DNA from: Antechinus flavipes | Lineage: Eukaryota | Assembly (NCBI RefSeq): GCF_016432865.1 | Contig: NC_067401.1 | Span: forward strand, 11,904,001 to 11,968,000 | DNA length: 64,000 nt | Direction of reading: 5' to 3' | Shown here: one piece after another, positions 60,271 through 64,000 of the stretch | Numbering within the stretch: position 1 is the stretch's first letter | How the letters are laid out: each line of letters starts with the position of its first letter | Notes under the pieces: model-generated | Databases searched by the model: none | Seen by the model: only the letters and a program-made list of their open reading frames with translations | Told to the model about the DNA's origin: nothing | Made by a program: the position numbers and the translations under genes

Positions 60271-63200
60271 GTCATCTCTATATCTCCCCATTTCACACAT
60301 GAGGAAACAGGTCACACATCTTATAACTATTTGAGGTGGGACACACATCCGGGTCTCTGCTGACTCCATACCCACCACCCTCTTTCTCACTAGCTACTGA
60401 TTGCTTTATTGTGGTCTTTGACTACCCCTTGCTACATTCTGCTATGGTCAGAGATTAATTTGTTGAAGCTCTTGAAAGTACTGAGGATATTTGGAGATCT
60501 TTCAGTGACTGCCTGGTATTCTCTATGATTTTCCCAAGTTAGGAAATTACCTAATTAAATGATTCTGCCTTTTAGTTGCAATTTTTTTGCATCTGTTGTG
60601 TTATTTCCTGTTAGAGATACGTAGGGTGTTTAAACATATACATACATTATATATTTAATGTATTTTATGATATAGAATCTAAGTACATTTAATATATTTA
60701 GATGCAAATTTGTATGGCCAAGAAAAGGGAAGATAAATCATGTAGTGAGAGTAAAAAAGAATCTGCTGGTAAGTGGTGGTGGTAGCCACACTCATGTCAA
60801 GAACATGGTCAATGGAGCCGCCTCCTCCAGAGTGTTTATGGAAGAGTGTGAACAAGAGGTGCTCTGGACAGATGGTGGGCAGGAGTGAATGGAGTATGAT
60901 GTGCCCCACTGGGGAGAATATCCTCAATGATGAGGTCCCAGAGTCCTTGAGGCAAACCCTCACTTTATGGAACCCTTGGACACCTTGTCATTTCATTGGT
61001 GATCTCTTTCAATTCTTTCTGTGTTCATCTTTGTCTGGTGTCCCAAGTGTCTTTCCCCTCCTGCCAGAGCTGTTAGTGACTAAAAGGCCTTGTGGTGACC
61101 CAGGAATAAACCCCTTGAAGGAAACACGTGGTCCAGCTGAAGAGCCCGAAGGCATTTCAGCCCCTTTGTGAGAGGCATTGTGTTTGCACAATTGTTTGCA
61201 CTAGTCAGCAGTGGCAACCTTGCCCAAGACAAACAGACAGGTACTGGGCCTGCCATTTCCTTGGTGACAAGCACTCAACACATGCTGCAGTATTTTTGGG
61301 GACCTCAGATTTAGAATTCTTTGCTCTGGAACCACAAACTTGGTTTTAAGAAATATTTCACTCGCTGAATTTCCATTTAATTGACTTACTTTGGAATCCG
61401 CTGTCGTTTACTTTATACATTTAAAGACATGATTCCGAGCTTGCTCAGAAAGCTGCTCAGGAGTATGATACACAAATATGGCTAAGAGCCCTTGCTAGAG
61501 AGTTAAATGCAAATGAGTTAGAACCTGAGTCCTCCTCTCTGCCTTCTCTCTGAGTTCAGATTGAAAAGGAACTCTTCTAAGCTTCCTGTTAGTAATCAAA
61601 CTCTCACGTTGTACAATCAAATGAATTACTTCTGTCATAAATTCCCTCTGATATCCATATTTTCCCCCAATATTGATATAAAAGATCTCTATTTCTTTAA
61701 ATCCAAGTGGCCAAAGCATGCTGTATTCTCCATTCACTCTCCTACTCATTTGTCATCTTCAAAATGAGCAAATGCTGGTCTCAGAACTCACAGTGAGACT
61801 AACTGCTTTCCTTGTAAATTGAGCAGACCTATGCCCCACACAAGTTTATCAAAGCAGATTTGTCTGAGTATTAGCTTTTCTCAAAAACTCCAGCCAAGTG
61901 AATGGTCACTCCTTTATACCAGATAAAGATAATTAGGAAGACTGAGCGATAACTGTTGGGGAGGGAGAGCAGCAAAGATTTTCTGTAGAAGGGAGTGCTG
62001 GAGGTGTGTCTCAAAAGAAATTTAAAGAATTCCTTGAGATCAGAAGAGAAGAAAAGACATTCTCTGTAATTCCAGGGATGGGGACAAGAAATGCAAAGAC
62101 ATTGAGACTGAGAGATGGAACATTGTATGTGAGGAACTGAGGACAGTTTGGCTGAGGAAGACAGTAAGGCTGATAAGTTAGGTTGGAGTCACTTTAAGAT
62201 ATAAACACAGGCGTAACAAGCCTGATTGGGGACAGGGAAAAGTTGGAGGAGAAAGCCTGGGCATTCATCTCATTCTTAAATATCTATCAGTTCAGGGAAG
62301 CCCAGACCCTAGTGAACAGCTCTAATTATTATCCAATTCCCACAGGAGTGTGAATTTAAACTCAAAGGGGCTTTAGAAGTTGCCTGGTATAACTCTCCTC
62401 ATTTTCCAGATGTTACCCCCTTTGTACAATTTATGGGGAATCTGAGGCCCAGGGAGTAGGTTAAGTGAATTGTCCAGATTTCCAGTCAATACCAGAGCCA
62501 GTATTCTGCCCCATCTAGAGACAGAACTAGTCAACCCAAACAGTTATTTAATTGAAAAAATTGTTAGAAACGTTAAAAAATGTTGCCTAATACTAGTAAT
62601 AATAATAGTAATTTCATCCTTCCAAGTGCTGTGACGTAGCATATAATCTCGATTCACTCTAGATCAAAACTGACCTGTTTTTCCACATAGAAATTCTCAT
62701 AAACATTGTTCTTTAATTTCCTTAAGGAAGTTCATTAATTTGGGGGGAGCACGGCATCTGAAGGAAAGGACAAATTGAAGCTTTTTTCATTGATTCTGCC
62801 TTGATAATGTACAGACTTAATCTACCCAAGGTTGCTGTTACTTCATTTTGCAGTAATAGGGGATGTTTATTGCATTAGGATAGTACTCTGAAACTCCCAT
62901 AATGTCCAAAAAAGCCTCCAGCCATTTATGGCCATTCATGTCCTCGATCACCTAGAGAATCAGCAAGGGGAGATTGCATCAGTCTTCTGCCATCCCTTTC
63001 ATTTTCAGGAGATCAGAAATCAAGAGATGGCTCTGAAAAAAAAGGAGCGCTGTTGAGTTTGGAAAGGGTGGGAGGAGATGATTCCTGGGGGAAGGGAGAC
63101 CAAGAGAAATGAGAGCTAGCTAGTAAGATTATCAGAGAAAGGAGAGTGGGAAGAGCGCAACGTCACTCCCCTCCAAAGGGGGATCCAGCTTGTCTGTCAC

Positions 63201-64000
63201 CCGGTGAGAACACAAGCTAAATCAGGTTGTGTTGGATGGGGAACAAACACTTCAGTGTGTGTGTGGTACTCCAGGGAGGCGTGGGTTTGGAGGCAAAGGG
63301 CCTGGGGATGACTCCTGCCTGAGTCCCATCCTGCCTGGGGGAACCTTGGGAGATGCACTTAATTTTTCTGGATTTCTTTCTGTCTAGAATGAGAGTGTTT
63401 GACTAGACCGCCTCTGAGGTCCTCTCTAGTCCTGCAAATAGCCCTTAGTCATGATCTCTTTACATGAGCTTTCTCTTTCTTGTCCTTGTTCCCAAGTGGT
63501 CTTGGATTCTGCAGTCCATAGGCCCTAATAACTTAGCCTCCCGTCATACACAATCCACCAGCCTGGGCTGAGCTTTACAATGTGTTTCCACTGGTGTGGA
63601 TGGGCTCCCATGGATTCAGGTGCTCCTGAAGACCCAGAGGGCCCATTCCTGAGAGTCCGCCGCAAGCTCCTGTCCTGTATCTGCCTGTTGGACATTTGGC
63701 CCTGGATATCTACTAGAGAGGTTCTGTTTTAAACATGCTGAGTTTGCGATATCTTTCCCTCTAGCTCTGCTCATCTCCCAGAGTTCCCCGTTTCTGTCCA
63801 GTGCACCACTGTCCTTGGCTCACCCAGATTCTTAACCTCAGAATTAACAAATTTTTGTTCCTTTCTGCTCTCCTGCATTCAGGGTCCAACTCCTTTCCCG
63901 TTAGCCTCTTCCTTGCTGGCTTAGAAGGTAAAAACAGGCCTAATTATTTTCTGTCCATAGTGAATAGCTTTTGGGAGGACTGAGAAGGTCATGTCTGTCC

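Noticed and set aside
59170-61200. ORFs 59328-59705 and 60773-61171 in moderately complex sequence
   Set aside because: No recognisable homology or splice context in any frame.

Overview
Marsupial genomic DNA, inferred from WSINE1-, Mar1- and marsupial-L1-like repeats; a dasyurid source is probable but not certain. It is mostly AT-rich transposon debris (L1, L2, L3/CR1, MIR, CORE-SINEs, LTRs) with a 316-bp assembly gap. The one convincing protein-coding feature is an intact, intronless, CpG-rich 839-aa ADAM8-like gene on the minus strand (19696-22215), best read as a retrogene. It keeps the HEMGHNLGMDH zinc site, the Met-turn and the disintegrin/Cys-rich/EGF cysteines. It has gained a ~100-aa QG/S/T-rich repeat insert in the prodomain and a longer juxtamembrane stalk, and has lost almost all of the proline-rich cytoplasmic tail. 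A perfect CRE plus GC box sits ~165 bp upstream. Other items: a decayed HERV-I-like env with its 3' LTR (~1.3-2.6 kb), a TSD-bounded composite L1 holding an LTR-containing patch (25.3-29.0 kb), a ~430-bp inverted repeat around a 1.06-kb spacer (30.7-32.7 kb), and a CpG-island promoter with NF-Y/CRE sites and a probable non-coding first exon of an unidentified gene (48.1-49.4 kb). All family assignments and comparisons with human ADAM8 come from motif recall, not from database searches, and repeat boundaries are approximate.
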